DNA of 24,273 bases from Comamonadaceae bacterium. GTDB taxonomy: Bacteria > Pseudomonadota > Gammaproteobacteria > Burkholderiales > Burkholderiaceae_C. The position numbers were made by a program, and so were the translations under genes. The first letter of the stretch is position 1; each line of letters begins with the position of its first letter. The stretch is from assembly GCA_947372005.1 (NCBI GenBank), contig CANBRV010000001.1, positions 1 through 24,273 on the forward strand. Reading direction: 5' to 3'. The notes under the pieces were generated by a model that worked only from the letters and a program-made list of their open reading frames with translations, was not told where the DNA came from and searched no databases. Positions 23,386 to 24,273 of this stretch are shown here, piece after piece.

Positions 23386-24011
23386 AGTTGCCGCACGTGA
23401 AACTTCCAACTTTTAGGCTCCATACCAAACTTTGCGTGATTGTGGTCGCCATGTTTGGCTTTGGCTATGCCTTGGTGCCGCTTTACTACGCGATTTGCGA
23501 AGCGACGGGTATTAATGTGCTGGCATTGGCTGAGCTTGAGGTGCCAGGTCAAAAAGCCAAAGTGCCGAGCAATTCACAAATTGACTTAAGCCGTACGATT
23601 ACAGTGGAATTTGATGCCAATACACGCGGAACAAGGCCTAGCGGCCAAGATAGCGCTGGTACACAAGCAGGCGGCGTGTGGGATTTCAAACCAGCCGTGC
23701 GGTCGATGCAAGTGCATCCAGGCGAGCTGGCAACTGTGGTTTATGAGTTTCAAAATACGCAGAATCGCCGTATGGCCGCGCAAGCTATTCCTAGTTATGC
23801 GCCTCAGCAAGCGATGCCGTATTTCAATAAGGTTGAATGCTTTTGCTTTCAACAGTACACATTAGATGCAGGCGAGAAAAAATCTTGGCCTGTAGCCTTT
23901 GTGATTGACCCTAAGCTGTCGAAAGATGTGACGACAATTACGCTGTCTTATACGTTTTTTGAAATACCCGGTAAAAGTATGGCTGTAGCGGCACGTGCGA
24001 GCAAAGTATGA
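23382..24011 (+). CDS. ctaG: Cytochrome c oxidase assembly copper chaperone CtaG/Cox11
   Basis: MFGFGYALVPLY..ICEATG, VHPGE, PSYAP, copper motif KVECFCF and ITLSYTFF. Confidence 0.95.
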   Translation: MKLPHVKLPTFRLHTKLCVIVVAMFGFGYALVPLYYAICEATGINVLALAELEVPGQKAKVPSNSQIDLSRTITVEFDANTRGTRPSGQDSAGTQAGGVWDFKPAVRSMQVHPGELATVVYEFQNTQNRRMAAQAIPSYAPQQAMPYFNKVECFCFQQYTLDAGEKKSWPVAFVIDPKLSKDVTTITLSYTFFEIPGKSMAVAARASKV

Positions 24012-24202
24012 AGGCCGTCATCAAATTTTTGAAAACGATTCGAGCTGTGCTTTGGTCATTTTTGGGTATTCGCAAAGGTACAGGGTTTGAAGACGATATC
24101 GTTACCATTACGCCTTTCCACCTTATTGGGGTGGGTATTGGATTGTGTTTTTTATTTGTGTTTAGCCTGATATTGCTGGTGCAATGGATGGTCAAAATTT
24201 AA
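24008..24202 (+). CDS. DUF2970-like small membrane protein of cox operons
   Basis: AVLWSFLGIRKG, a P-x-H-L-I..G hydrophobic tail, position after ctaG, and ATGA overlap. Confidence 0.8.
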   Translation: MKAVIKFLKTIRAVLWSFLGIRKGTGFEDDIVTITPFHLIGVGIGLCFLFVFSLILLVQWMVKI

Positions 24203-24243
24203 TTGAATGTATTTGAAATTGATCGAAAGAAGCGGAGAAAACT

Positions 24244-24273
24244 ATGAGTGCAGCTAGTCACGATACACATGCA
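24244..24273 (+). CDS. Probable start of cytochrome c oxidase subunit III (MSAASHDTHA..., truncated by the window edge)
   Basis: GGAG at 24234-24237 precedes ATG 24244, the frame is open to the edge, and this is the expected operon position. Only 10 codons are visible. Confidence 0.55.
   Translation, partial: MSAASHDTHA

Noticed and set aside
1-24273. rRNA, tRNA, CRISPR arrays, IS elements, riboswitches and intrinsic terminators
   Set aside because: Intergenic gaps are all under about 75 nt, and none shows a cloverleaf, spaced repeats, terminal inverted repeats or a GC hairpin with a U-tract that I could support.

Overview
A very gene-dense betaproteobacterial window (Burkholderiales, most like Comamonadaceae, judged from protein motifs and the trmL-comF-bioC-cox gene order). 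No rRNA, tRNA, CRISPR array, integrase or transposase is recognisable. Housekeeping flanks (left: RNB ribonuclease, TonB-like protein, mtgA; right: MaoC dehydratase, trmL, comF, bioC-like, aa3-type cytochrome c oxidase operon) enclose a selenium/sulfur histidine-betaine locus of about 11-14 kb. From a short divergent spacer (10789-10861), a leftward operon carries a SenA-type selenoneine synthase and a PhnD/C/E/E-like oxyanion ABC importer. A rightward operon carries type-II-like EgtB, EgtD, a class-I flavin disulfide reductase, the selenosugar synthase SenB and a SelD/SenC fused to an N-terminal NADH-dehydrogenase-like flavoprotein. A TauE/SafE exporter and a DedA(VTT)-flavin disulfide reductase fusion converge on the transporter. 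The SenA/B/C chemistry is already known. What I cannot place as characterised is the surrounding import, reduction and recycling hardware: an importer co-transcribed with senA, three flavoprotein reductase modules, and no C-S lyase. All assignments rest on motif recognition and recalled family sequences, with no database search.
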